The position numbers and the translations under genes are program-made. A DNA stretch of 64,000 bases from the human T2T-CHM13v2.0 reference genome, Homo sapiens, in NCBI RefSeq assembly GCF_009914755.1, contig NC_060933.1, one strand, 5' to 3'. This document shows positions 41,452-63,125 of the stretch, piece by piece. Position 1 is the first letter of the stretch. Each line of letters starts with the position of its first letter. Below the pieces are notes generated by a model. That model made no database searches and was not told where the DNA came from. It saw only the letters and a program-made list of their open reading frames with translations.

Positions 41452-43290
41452 TGGGGGCGGCGAGGGTATGGGTATGAATTAGAATTAGATTCAAATCCCA
41501 GATTTGCTATTATCAAATTAACTACTCCAAACCCATGTCTTGGAATGAGGATAAAAATAACCATCACATTCAATTGTCATGAGATTTGGTGAATATATGT
41601 AAATCATCTACTTTATGGCAAGTAATCAGCAAATGGCTCTAAGTCTAGGAATCTTATTTCATACAAGAGAAAGTTCCAGTTGACAAGCTCTTCTCCAAAT
41701 AGGCGTTTTGTTTGCTTTTTAAACAAGGTCTTGCTTCTGTAGCCCAGGCTGGGGTGCAGTGGCACGATCATGGCTCACTGCAGCCTTGACCTCTAGGACC
41801 CAAGCAACCCTCCTACTTCAGCCTCCCAAGTAGCTGAGACTACAGGTGTGCACCACCACACATTTGACAAAAAGGCATTTGACAAAAAGAAAATGATCAC
41901 TGATTCCTCAAATTGTGACTGGCTATCATGAGAGATTAAAATGTCACTGATCTTTTTCCTTTTTGATATTTTGACTATAAAATTGTAAATTTACCATGAC
42001 AGAAACTTAAATAAACTTCTGAGTATCACCAGTCAGCAAATTAAGGTGTGAAACACTAGCTAATTATACTCTATAATGTGTTAGAGTTACTCAAGCAATG
42101 TTTTAGTTTGACTGTAGGAAGACAATATAGTGCAACAGAGACATGGACTCTGGTTAACGTTCTGCTAGTTACTCAGTCTCTTTTGAAGCCTCAATAACCC
42201 ATATGTAAGATTAAGGCCCTTAAAAGGTAAAATTCTACAATTCTAATCAACTATCTCTTTCTACAAAACAGAAGTTGTATGTGTCTCTCATGATTTGCCA
42301 ACCACTTTATCTCTTGCTTTTCATAGCATCCTACCCAACAGTGTATACTCCATCCACACTGAAGTACATCGTGGCTCCCAGAATTCAACACGCTCTTTGG
42401 CCTCAATTCCTTTACACATGCTATTTTCTCCACCTGAGCCCACCTTTACTCACCACTGACATAAGGACTCAAGTCAGGTCTCCTCTAATTTCCCCCTCCC
42501 TTTCCTGCAAACACTCAAGTCTGAGTTAGGCACTACAAACAACATGGCTGAAACTATAGTTTTTCAGGGACCTATGAGGAAGAAAAAGACTGGTTTCAAA
42601 ATCCAAAACACAAACACATCTGCAAATTTGAAATTCAAATGTTTTAATTAAATATGAGATAACGTTATTTCACTTAGTCAATTGCAATTCAAGTCTTATA
42701 TAGTTTTAAACATGAGATACAGTGACACAGGGCTTGTAGGACTAAGAAAGCCAAAGGTCAAAATAGGTCTTGAAATTGCTCTGACGAATTCTGTGTGACT
42801 CTTCTATGCTCCCACAGGTTCCTGTGCTTTACACACCACAACCATATCATGATCAGGACCACTAGAACCTGAATTCAGAGAACCCAAGGTTTCAGAGAAG
42901 TCTGTTTTTCCAGGATCCCCAAGAAAAAGTTAAAAATCTTTACCCAGGTTTTCTATTGATATACAACAGTCATTCACTGGTCTTTCCTAGACCAATCCCC
43001 TCTAGTCAGCTGTATCAGTTTCCCATCTACCTTGTCTCCCGTGATCATGATTTGGCACCCAATAAAACTCTTGACTAGATCAGTCAAATCTAGTCTCAAC
43101 CCCAAAGATAACCCCAGCCCTGGGCCTGAGACATGTCCCAGGAAAGGCAGCTCAATAAATGTTTGAAGAACTGTTTCTTTCACCAGAAGACAATAATGGT
43201 AAGCTACAATGCCACTACAATGAATTTCTTGCCAAAATAACAAATTTCAAGAGAACAATTTCACTATTCTCAACTTTTAAAGCCTAGATA

Positions 43291-43475
43291 AGCACTGTCC
43301 AATAGAAATTTCTACAATGACGAAAATGTCATATATCTACACTGTCCAATACAGTTGCCACTAGCTACATGTGGCCAATGAGTACTTGGAATGTGACTGG
43401 CGTGAATGAGGAACTGAATTTTTAACTTTACTCTTAATTTAAATGGCCGTATGAGGCTGGTGGCTATGAAACAGT
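43291..43475. mobile_element. MER3-like hAT-Charlie MITE
   Basis: cactgtccaatagaaatttctacaatga..gccactagctacatgtggc..gaggaactgaattttta. Confidence 0.8.
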
Positions 43476-44528
43476 GAAAACATAGTTGTCGTCCCTCTTT
43501 GTAAATTTGTCACACCACATGTTTTGGATATACATGCTTAAAAAAATAAAATATGGAAATGTTTAGGCCAGTATTATTTACTAGCCAATTTATAGCTGTG
43601 TCAGCTGTTATAAGAATAGGTCCATCAGCCTGCAAATGCAGTCACTTACTCCTTCAAATATTAAGTATCTACCCATACTGTAACAGGCCAGAGGCCTCGA
43701 AGGTAGAGATATGAATAAGACTGACTACAGAGAATTAATAGTCTCTAGGAGTACAGAGCAGACAAAAATAACTGTAGAGCCTGACAATGCAAATGCACTT
43801 AATGCCACTAAGTTGTACACTTCAAATGGTTAAAATGGTAAATTTTATGCTACGTATATTTTACCACAATTTTTAAAAAGATTAAAGCCTACTGAAGAAA
43901 AAAGTTGAAACAATATTTTCGAAAAAATTAACACTATGGGACAGATGGACATGATACACTGGGAAGCAGTGCAGAGTAGAAAGAGCATAAATTTTTATTT
44001 CAGAATAGGTTTGAGTCCTGGCACCATTACTTACTAATTGTGTTAGCTTAGGAAATGACTTCACCCTCTGGGCCAATTTCCTCATCTGTCGATTATGAGT
44101 ACTCAATGATATGATGCACTGAGGTCAGTGAAAGTGCTCGGTAGCCATGATCGATATCAGGGAGAAGAGAAGCAGCAATCATGGAGCCAGGAGCACAGAG
44201 AGGAGACAGGCATTCACCAGGCAAACAGGGCTATTTGAGAAACATATTTAGAGGAAGCAGCATGTGAAAGCACTAAATAGAGAGAAAAAACAGAATGTTA
44301 CTTGGTAATTTGACTTGATTGGAATCTCAGCAGGGCCTTATCATAAAGACCTTCAACTGTCATACATGAAGAGTTTTTGGTTTTTATCCTATAGGCAACA
44401 GTGACTGAAAATATATGTACACCTAGGAAGTTTGTCAGTAACAGCCCAACTCTCATTACTTCAATACAGGGGCTCTAAAATTTCAACCAGAAAACCAAAA
44501 GCACAAGGAGTTTTAAAAAAATAAAAGA

Positions 44529-48860
<4,332 letters not shown>

Positions 48861-49434
48861 TAATTCCAAAAGAAATTTTTAAAAACTATTCAAACCTGGT
48901 GAGTTAAGACAGAAGAGCAACAACCAAGTATTTATAGCACAACATAAATACAAAAGATACTCTACAAAATAGGACTAAGGGAGAAAAAACTCCTTTTTTT
49001 TAGATGCTAAACTTTCCTATATTCTAAAATCAAATTCAACAAATATTTACCTAGTGTTTTCCATGTATAGGCTGCTATCCCAGACTGCATTGGAAAAATA
49101 GGTGAGTAAAGCTGGCTACCCCTAGATTCTTAAAATCTAGCATAGAAAATAGAAAACTGACTGGATACAAGGACTTTTGAAGTAAATGCCCTAATGGAGA
49201 CATTAACAGCAGTGGTCACACTATTTATTTCTTCTTAGGGAAAACTAGAAAAAAGTTAATGACAAAATGGCACTTGAATCAGACTAGTAAGGGAGGAAAG
49301 AAAGAATGTAAATACAGACACATTATCAATAATACTCAGCCATACATATCTTTTGGATGTCCTTCCACTGCTGGCAACTATTTCCCCTAGAAGCAGTCAC
49401 ATCCTTACAGATGATTATACAGACCTTGTCTGAC

Positions 49435-50150
49435 TTTTTTTTTTTTTTTTTTTTGAGACAGAGTTTCACTTAGTCACCTAGGCTACAGTGCAATGGCATA
49501 ATTATGGCTCACTGCAGCCTCGACCTCCCAGGCTCAAGGGATCAACCCAACCCGCCTCAGCCTCTCGAGTAGCTGGGACTACAATCATGTGCCACCACGT
49601 CCAGCCTGACATGTTCTTTACTAAATGTCCTCACAGGCAAGAAAGGCCTATCCCAGCACACACACAACCTTCTCATCCTAGGTTGGATGGTCTCATCCAC
49701 ATACACTTTCACTTACACTTCCCAACTGATGATTCCCCTCTCCCCCAAACTTTCAATTCTGGATGAGACTCTTCTCCTGAACCACAGACCCATCTATCCA
49801 AATGTCTATTGTCAATGTCTACCAGGATAAATAACCCATAGGCTCCATCAATTTCAACATGTCAAACTGAACCTATTATTTTCTCTTTGAATCCTCTTTC
49901 TCCTGTGTTCTTCACTCAGGTTCCAGGTACCACCAACTCTCATCCCCCAAGCCAGAGATCCCCAAAGACTCCTCCTGGGCTCCCACTTTACCACCCTTCC
50001 CAACAGTCCCCTCGAATAATATAGTCAATCACCAGGACATTTTCATTCTCTCTCAAATATCCCTAGATCAAGCTCAAGGCATCTAATCACCCTATAATCC
50101 TAGACTATTATGACTGCTCCTCTCTCTTCCTGGAATTTAATTTCCTAATC
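49435..50150. mobile_element. Alu right arm (49435-49606, -) followed by L2 remnant
   Basis: tgatgattcc..cagacccatctatccaaatgtcta..catcaatttcaacatgtc are L2 motifs. Confidence 0.7.
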
Positions 50151-50825
50151 CACTCAAAAATCCTGTTTGATTCCCCTTTTCAACTTTTTAGCATACATTA
50201 ATAGCACCAAATTACAGAAATAAACAAATCCAACAATTGAAAAGCTACTTTTTGCAACCTTATTTCCTCGAAACACCCCAAAGCTTGAAAAGGATAACAC
50301 CTAAATTCCTATTTGCAAACTCTCTTTATACAGAGATGCAAATATACCAACTTTGATGTTAAAGCAAGTTTCTAATATTAAGATATCAATAAAGTGATAT
50401 ACTAGGCAAGATGCCTTGCTTCAGTATTAATAAGCCATTTGTATAAGGCTAAGTGATCTACTCCCTCTGTACTTAGATTTTCTCCTCAGTGAAAGATCAA
50501 TTTTCTTAGCATCATTTTTCAGCTCTAAAGTCCATGAGTTTATCAAAAGTTGCAGTTGTGTATAATAGGGGGTACAAATCATACAATGCTAACACTTGAG
50601 GAACCCTTAAGGGGTTATCAAGATTCTTAGATTTTTTAAAAAAAACTAGAAGGATAAACTATAAATCATTCCTAATCTCTTCCATCCCACTGTAGCCCCC
50701 ATTTTACAGAAAGGAGAAATTGTTTAAAGGGAATAACATTTGTAGGATTCCTGTGATTTAAACACTAATTGTGGTCCCATAGGCATTTCCCCGATCTAAA
50801 AATGGGAACAAAAGAACTTAACTTA

Positions 50826-51523
<698 letters not shown>

Positions 51524-51804
51524 AGAGTTACCCATTATTATAATTGGAAACCCTCCAAAACACAAATATAAACAGACTCAGAAAAGACTTCTTAATTTAA
51601 AAAATCTAAACCACTTTGCAGCAGCTTTAGGGAAAGTGTTCCATTCTGCACACACTTAGGGAATAGGACCTTTTACTAAGTCATCACCCAGTGCTATTAC
51701 TGAGAGGTCAGCTTCTTCATGAGGTTGCAGTATTCATGTGAAAATTGACCTTTGGGTCAACCATTCAGATCTCAGATCACCCAATCAATAAAATAAATAC
51801 GGTA

Positions 51805-51970
51805 TTTTTTTTTTAAGAGACAGGTCTCGCTATGTTGCCCAGGCTGTAGTGCAGTGGCCATTCACAGGAACAATCATAATGCACTCCAGCCTCGAACTTC
51901 TGACTCAAGCAATCCTCCTGCCTCAGCCTTCCCAGTAGCTGGAACTATAGATGCACACCATCACACCAGC
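51805..51970 (-). mobile_element. FAM (fossil Alu monomer)
   Basis: Retains the 7SL-like gcagtggccattcacagg segment that dimeric Alus lack. Confidence 0.75.
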
Positions 51971-52726
51971 TTGTTAAAGCACTACAGATACTAGTATACC
52001 CTGCCCCGCTAAAATCACACTCTTACATAACGCATGTTTCTTTACAGTTTTTGATACCTATTATAAGTTCCACAGGCTTAGAAGTTCCTCTTCTAGCATT
52101 AACATACATTAGCACAAACATAAGGTTAGAATTGCATCCCTACTTCCCCACAGCTCAACTGGACTTCCAGAGTAAGAGATGATTATTTGGTATACAGCTG
52201 TTCTGAGTTTAACAATCTTCTCTCTGAATATGCCTCACATTCCTGAATAAGTCACAGTGACCATACTATTCAAAAAGTAAATACTAAGGATATCAAATGA
52301 GAAGAACGTATTTGTAAGGTCAGCAAGGCAAACTTTAATACAAGCTGACCTGGAAATTGAGACTGTATAGACACATTGGTTACTTTCAGTCCCTACCATG
52401 TTAAGGCTCTCATGTTTCTAGTTTATATTATTCACTCTTCATCTTGTATCAAATAGTATTTAAGAGCCTAATGCTATTTTGCTTTGTTTCCTAAAAGGCA
52501 TTAAGGATCAAAAGTCTCTCCCATTCCACATGGAGTTCTGCTTCCATGTCACATGCCCAGGGCCAGCATTTTTAAGCAAGGGTCTCTTTGCTTCCTTGTC
52601 TCCCCATTGGCAAGGATTTGTCCTAAACCTCACAACAGCATCTTTCTCCAACATCACAAATTGGCTTTGGACTTTGCTCTTCTCCTTAGAAATACATAAA
52701 GGCATCTTTAAAAAATAAATAAATAG

Positions 52727-54576
<1,850 letters not shown>

Positions 54577-55321
54577 TTAAAGATAAAATCAAATTAAAAT
54601 TAAACAATCAATTTTTTTAAAAGGATAAAATTTTTAAAAATCAAATTATAATCTAGGCTTCAATTATGGTAAAGTTACATCAGCTACCTATTGTTTCCAA
54701 TAGAACACAATAAAATGGTAATTAAACATAATTATTAATATAAATTACAAAACTACAACACGCAATAAAAGTCAAAGAAATTGTCCTTTAATGCACTTGA
54801 GATAACATCTGTTTCAAAAACTGCTGGCAATATCTTTTCTCAAGCTCACTTTTCCAACATTATCTAATGAGGAGGCAAGGGAATGTTTATGATGTCTTTA
54901 CAGTTATTTCAATAAATCATTTATGTAGGGGTACAAGTACCTACAAAATTACTATATATTTTACACCCAACTTCTGAAATTCACTAAGCACTAAGAAACA
55001 CAATGTTTTAAGAAAGACCTAAGTTTTTAAAGATGAAATCCTATCTCACAGCAGTTAAATTAAAAAAAAAAAAAGATCAGAAAAACACATCTAAAAATCT
55101 CTACACTACTCTGGAGTTAGCTGAATTCTCTTAGAGGATGAGGAAGAAAAGAGGAGAGGCAGGGACAGGGAGGCAAGAGGAAGGATGAAAGGAGAGAAAG
55201 AAAAGTAAGGAGGGGGTACCTAGGCAGTAAGGCCTGTGGGACTGGTTCAACTTCGAACAAATTTCCTCTTCCCTAAGACTCAGTTTACTCATTTGTAAAA
55301 TGTACACACCATCACCTATGT

Positions 55322-55765
55322 CAGTGTTTCCCAAAGCAAGGAAACCACTGGATGATTTTAAATGGTACAAAGAGAAGGCATCATAAAACATTCCAAAGCT
55401 GTTAGTACCTTTTCCACTCTCTTTCAATCCTTCTGATTACATCAGAAGAAAAATGTGGTGTTAGTTTTTCTAGTGCCTCTCTAGTGCTTACTAATCTCTC
55501 TATCAAAGGCCTGGTCAGAGACCTTGGCAGACAATAGCATTTAGAATTTAACACAATTCTATTTTCATTAAATTTTTTTCATTGTTACTTTCTACTTGTG
55601 GCAAATAATTTTTCATTTAAGCTAATAAAAAAATTCATTTTAAAATAAATGTTGGGTTGCAGAATGTTAACTATTCAATATTTAAAAAATTAAATAAGCA
55701 ATATATTAGAAAATGACAAAAATCATGTGGTGATACAGGAAAAACTGAAGATTTAAAAATACTGG
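55322..55765. mobile_element. hAT-Charlie element (MER113-like) between MIR fragments
   Basis: Starts cagtgtttcccaaag and ends ttaaaaatactg (degenerate TIR); MIR core cagtttactcat on both sides. Confidence 0.6.
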
Positions 55766-58700
55766 TTTAGCAGAGTAGTGGTTAGTAGAAGGTTATTTTC
55801 AACTCTAAGCCTCAGTTTACTCATCTATAATAAGGGAATATCACCACCTATCCAAAGAAAAGTTATGGAAAGGATTACATGAGTTAGTTTAGCTCTGTGC
55901 CTAGTGCTGAGTGTTCAACAACTACTTGTTCCCTTCCCTTTTAAGGATATTACCAGAAAACCTTTTTAGAGACCTCCAGAGAGAGACTTTGGGTAGGGGA
56001 TGGGGATGCTGGGCTTCCTGTATATCAGAGACAGGAGCATTTGCTCTGGTTCTAATACTTCCCACTAAGAACCTCCAGGGACCTAGCCTTGCTTTTACCC
56101 TGATAAAGCTGCAGTCTACTCTCCTAAGGCTCATAATTCTACTTACAAGCAAGACTGGGAATAAAGTGCTACAGAAAAGGGGCACATATCTTAAATCACT
56201 GAGAAGTCAAACCCTAAAGGGCACCAAGGAAGGAAGGACCATTTTATAACAAGTCCAAGCCAAAATAAAGTATTTCATTTGGGCAAATTCAACAACTCTG
56301 TAATGGAAAAGAAAGTCACTAGGTGGTTCATAACCAGCCTTTATCACCTGATATTGTCAAACTAGAGCCCACAGGGGAGAAAAACCTTGGGAGGAGGAGT
56401 TCCAACTCAGAGTAGGAATGCTTCAAGAAAAGGAACACCAACTGAGTACTTACTACAGTCCCACCATTGTGAGTAATAGGCACTTTATTTTACATATATT
56501 GCCAAATTTTTCCAAACCTATATGAGATAATTCCAAGTCAACTGACCAAATTGCCAAATCTCCAAATAGCCAATTCTCTAAATTTGTCAAAAATTTGTTT
56601 TAAATATTTGGACAGTTTATAAAAATTCATATTGATGAGACAGTTAATTACCTTTTAAGGATTTCTGCCAAGTCAGAACTGACCGTTGGAATACCAGCAT
56701 TTTTAAGATGTTCAATTTGTCTCTACACTGCAGCTGGAGAGAGCTGAAGCAGAGAGGACCTCTGCTGGTAGAAATATACATCCTTGTCTGGGCTGCAGGG
56801 CATGGGGGAGAAATGATGTATAGGAAACGGGAAAAACAAAAAGGAAAAAAATGGTGGGGAGCATTTAAGAAAAACGAGATGAACAACGGGTTCTGTAAGG
56901 TCTACAGATTAGATTCAGCAAACTGTCTTTTATTGAATGGAATACTGGGTAAACTGAACATCTGGGAAACTGGTTTTCAATGACTTGGATTGTGGTAAAC
57001 TGGTCTGCTGTACCTATGAGATCGATGATATTAACATTACTTACAGATAAGGAAATTAACTCAGAAACTTTTGTAAAGTAATACAGCTACATTCCAGGTT
57101 TTCCATAAACTACCTCATTTCATTCTCCAATAATCAATGTGGTGATTCCACATCCTTTTACCACCCTCCACCCAGTATCTCCACCCCCCTTCCACTCAAC
57201 TGTCAAAAAAATACATTAAAAAATCACAAGAATAGACAGGATTTAAACCCAAGTCTAACGTTAAAGCTCAGGCTCTAATGCACCTAGTTATCACTACATC
57301 CTACCAATTTGCTGAAATAATTTTTAACCCCTGCCCTCCCACTGCTGAAGTTTGTCTACCATTACTACAGTAACTCCTTTCTGCAAAGATCTGCTTTTCA
57401 GAGGTTGAGTCACATTACCGTAAGACTAAATGGAAATATTTCAGGCAAAAGAGTATTTCAGAGATCTCATTTTATTTACCCTGAACAACCTTATTGCTCA
57501 CACGATTTCAGATCAAATCAGAACTGAAATTGCTTGAGAACTTCCATTAGAGACTCTCAGACTGGCAATCCCTGCTGTGTATTAACAACTTTTTCCGTTC
57601 ATTATGTTGGCTTCATTCACAAGCACACTGGCATGTAATTTCATTATTGTGATCTAAGAGTGACTAGGTTAGTCTCATTAAATAAATGTAAAAACTAAAA
57701 TAATCCTAAAATCTGCAAGATCTATGTAACACCTTACCGCTTGCTCAAACTATCTGCTTTACTGCTGGACTCTTCAGGGATTTATCACATTTATGATGCT
57801 GGAAGACATGTCTTATCTGACCTACTGACACATAAAACCTAACTTTTCTTATAGCAACAATGTCAAGGTCCTTTCTATCAATAAGATAGTACTTCAAGGC
57901 TCTCTAAACAGCTGCGAATATATTCTACCCTTTTGGTAAGCAGAAAAGTTCTTTATTCATAGAACTTAAGATGTGGCTCACATATAAAGCATTTTTAAAA
58001 CATTAATATTTTTACTTTTACACTGACTGAGTATAATCAGAAACTTTCACTAAGAAAATTCCCACTGTGTAAAATATTTTAAGAATCAATTAAACTGTTA
58101 CTTTTAAAAAAGTGTTAAATATTTGTTCTGATTCCCCACTGGGTTCAAAAACCTCTTTGATGTTAAGATGGGGAAAAGATAGATCTTTTCAGCAAATCTG
58201 AATAGCACAAAATGACACTTTGAAAAATGCCACCCTCTCTTAAATCTTTTCAAGTACATATTTTAAATGATCAACAAATAGATGACAAACTTAATTATTT
58301 TTGTAGCCCATATTAGGCTTCCCTTTGCACTTTAGTAGTACCTCTTATTAATTATTTCTGATCTTCAATGTACACCCAAGGCTACGCTTAATGTTTTAGC
58401 AAATAGAATACCATTCTTTTGAAATTGACAAAAGCTATAAATTTAACTCAAGACAGCTTTTGTAGTTCAGTTAGATTCAAGGTCATCTCAAGGCTTTTAA
58501 TTACTAACCAGGAATTGAGGAGGTTTGTACCCGCTATAGTTGAGAGAAAGAGCAGCTGGCTTATTCATTTTCTTATTAAAGAGCATTATAAAACCTATCT
58601 TGGCAAATTACAAGTTTCTGATCACCAGTGGTGAGCACAAAGCAGCAAAGCAAATGATCTTCAAATGTTCATGTTTACTTTCAATCAACATAAACTTTAA

Positions 58701-61700
58701 CAATGTCTAAAGACTACTTAATTTTAATTTCAGCAAATATGACTTATGCTTTAATAAAAAAATGTATAGATAGCTGGATTCCCAAAATGTTCCTATTTCC
58801 ATTCTGAAATCAGACCTGTTAAAAACTGTGAATGCCCTTCAAATTAGCATAAGATTTATTTAGATTCTTTCACCATCAAACACTGCACAGGATCAGGATA
58901 GAAACTAGCCACTGAGGAACCCATGCAGATTTCTAAAGGAATGCAAGTTTAAATTCTCTCTGCATGTACTTAATTTCTATTCACACTCAGGTATAGGTAG
59001 GTCTCAAGACACATTAAAGACTGTGGGAGATGATATAATTGTATTAGAAGACACACGCACATCAACTTATCATCCCGAGATTTTTAGAGGCAACCAGAGA
59101 AGGCTCTAGGGTGTCTCTGCCACCCATTCACCCATATCTATAAGAATTCGAAGGTAGCCTCAGAAGGGTCCTTAAGCACAGCTCTGACCAGACTGGAGAT
59201 GCTAGGATGAGGGTGCAGGGCAACATTCTAGTGCCAGAATCAAAAAGAAAAAAAAAGGGCGGGTAGGGGGGGAATGACTCTCTCTCACCCCAAAATGATA
59301 AAAAGCAAAGAGCCTACCCACAGTATCTCAAATTCTATCTCAAGCACCAGGCATTTATTAAAATAAATAAGTACTGCTGGCAGCCCTGGATGTTGGTATG
59401 CAAGGTATCTCAGTGTAAATTAAAGTAGTTGTTGGTGAGGGTACATTGAGATAGACACACACTTCTCAAAATTATCCCCCAAAATAAGCCAAGATAAAAG
59501 CAAGCACAAGATGGTGTGAGAAGTACTATTATAACACTGAAAAAATAAAACCTATCTAAATGGCCAGCAATGAAAAACAATGGGCTGTCATACAGCTATC
59601 GAAAGTTTCAAATAACTTGATGTTCAATGAGTGAAGTTTATAACAGGAGAAAAAACATTTAAAATTAAACAAAAAGCAGAAAACGTAATAGTATATACTG
59701 TATGACTAAAAAAATGCAAAAAAAAAAAAAAAAACCTTGGATTTGAGGTCTAGAAGAAAATGTTAATGAAAGTTGCTTAGTGGTAGGATTATAGGTTATT
59801 TTCCCTTCGTTTTCCATATTCTCTTCAGTAACCATGCATTAATTTTAAAAACACTGGATTCTTAAGCAGCTCACATCTTAAGAACCAAAGGACCTAAGGG
59901 CCACAGGCAATTCAAGCACAGACAGACCCTCAGAAATCACAAGTATTTAAAACCTAAATATACGATGCAGCTGTATCTTTCCTGCTTTTATTTATATGCA
60001 AGCACTTCCAACTGTGTTTCCCAGGGTATGTTCCTTAGACAACGCTTTAACCCTGCTTTCCAAACAAGGCATTTGAAACATCGGGTATTCTCCAGCCAGG
60101 AGTCCTTATCTATGCTCTGAAACTAGCTTTGGAGAATAAATTTACAGTGTTTCACACACTTCGGCTTGCTCAGTATTTATTTTTTGATGGGCACACTGTA
60201 CGAAAAGCAAACTTATTTTGAAATATTTTGAAAAGGCTCGCAGCAGATAGGAAATTTTATCTCCAAATGTTAAATGCACTTCTTCACAGCAGTACTTTCA
60301 GCAACTGCTTGCAGTCAGTTCTGAATTCCAGGGAACCAAAGTATCTCTCAGATTCGATCTGTCACCAAGAAAGGGAATATTTTTTTGTGGGAAAGCAATT
60401 GTATTTTCCCACATTAGGTGATTGATTAAGTTCTCTCCCTAAAAGGCTGATTGGTTTCCTGGTGCCAGTAAAATGATTGATGAATATTTCAACTGCAGCT
60501 ACCCTGCTACACTCTTCACTTCACCCCTCCCCCATGCACCTCTCCCCTTTCCTGCTGGGTTCCCTTTTTACAGACCAGCAGCATTTAAGGAAGTTTCCCT
60601 TCTGTTTTGCAATTTCCCTTAATGAATCAACGTTCTCAAATGAAGCGCATTTAATCTTAGGAAGACAGCACTCTTCTCAATGCTGAATGAGTTTTGCAGA
60701 TAAATATCCCATTACAAGGAATGAGGAAAAACTCTAAAATTAACTATGAGTTTGACTCAGCAAATGAAACTGTACTCAAAAAAGAGAAAGTGTGGCATGG
60801 AGGGGTTATAAATGAAAAAAGTGATCTTGTTTAAACAACAAAAATACTCCATAATTTATTTCAAATTTACATTACAAATTATCATAACATCAGAACTGTA
60901 ACTGTAAACATTTCTATAAGGCAGACTCAAAGAATGAAATTTACAGATAAATTATGGGATCTCACAGACTTTAAAGCAGCCAAGGGTTCTAAAGCAGAAC
61001 AGGGAAACAGTTTGGTAAATGTAAATATTCTCAGAGGGATGATTGAACAGTATCTGACATCAAAATCATCCCAGAGAATGTGGGCAGTCAGTACCACAGC
61101 TATTTGCTTTAGGCAGAACTTTTCTAAATTGCAACTTCCTGTTTTGCCCAATTCATTCCATCATAAACCTGGAAAATCCTTTCAGGGATTATCTAATTTA
61201 GCTCCTCCATTTTTATAGGTGGACCCACAGAGACATGCATTTGAGACAGAGCTAGAATCAGATCCTAGGCATAAAGTATCTCCTGGGCCTCATAACTCCT
61301 CAATGTTTGGGCTCCTCTCTAAAGTCTTTTCCTATTCAAACTACTTTGCTAACATAATCTATTAACCCACACTGCCTATCCTCTTTTACATCTTTCTCAC
61401 TATCTCTCTTTTCATTAGGAAATCACCTTCTGTATTTTATAAATTTTGGACACCTAGCTCTTATATTTCTTTTGTGAGACAGAATTTTAAAAAGGTACAT
61501 GGGACAAAGGCCACCTTTTCCTAAACTGCATTCCCGAATACAGTCAAGCAAACAGCCACTAGTTTATTGGCCATCTCGTCTTAATCTGGGATATCTAGTC
61601 ACTTTAAATTACAGGAGAACCATGTTTCCAAACAGAAACTACATTCTAGTTCCAGGAGGGCCTATCAAACCTTGGATTTAGCTTAAACACACTGCTTGAC

Positions 61701-61951
61701 TTAGATATTGGCCCCAATTTCCTCAAGTAGCTGAAAAGCACATTCCTTTCCCTTATATTTTGTAGACTTACTCTGACTACCAGCAAGGGACTCTGAGATA
61801 AGCAAAAGGCTCATATTCCTGACTTGCCTCTTTCATTCATTCAATATTCATGGAACACCAATTCTCAGTGCTTAGGATACAGATAAAAGACATTGTACTC
61901 CTGCCTTGAGTAACTCAAAACGCCTTCATTCCTTAGCACCCCTTGGGTTCA

Positions 61952-62738
<787 letters not shown>

Positions 62739-62894
62739 TTAGGCAGATACTATGCTTGGCAATTTACAGACCTTGTCTCTAATCCTTATAACCCTACAGT
62801 CAATTTCAGAAATGTCAGAGTATATTGGAGAAGAGGGGATGTTAAATCTATGAAACAAATTATTAATGCTGTTACTAGCTGCGAAATCTGGAGG

Positions 62895-63125
62895 TTTAAA
62901 CTCTGTGGGTCTCAGTTTTCTCCTGTAAGATGGGGATAACAGAACACCTACCTCAGAGTTAAGACGATAAATATACATAAGGTGTTTAGATTATAAACAC
63001 TATGTAAATGTTAGCTATTAATGTTAAATGAGAACACTAAAGTTCAGAGAAGTCAAGTGACAAAGTCGCATAGCTGTGATCTTTGTTAGGCCACACTCCA
63101 GAGTCCCTGCTCTTTGCCTCACACC
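62895..63125. mobile_element. Two opposed MIR fragments
   Basis: tctcagttttctcctgtaagatggggataac (+) then aatgagaacactaaagttcagagaagtcaagtgac (-). Confidence 0.7.

Noticed and set aside
44032-44082. Second antisense MIR with AG/GT around ~51 nt in intron 1
   Set aside because: Poor polypyrimidine tract (gtactcataatcgacag) and an in-frame TAA; no known protein counterpart.
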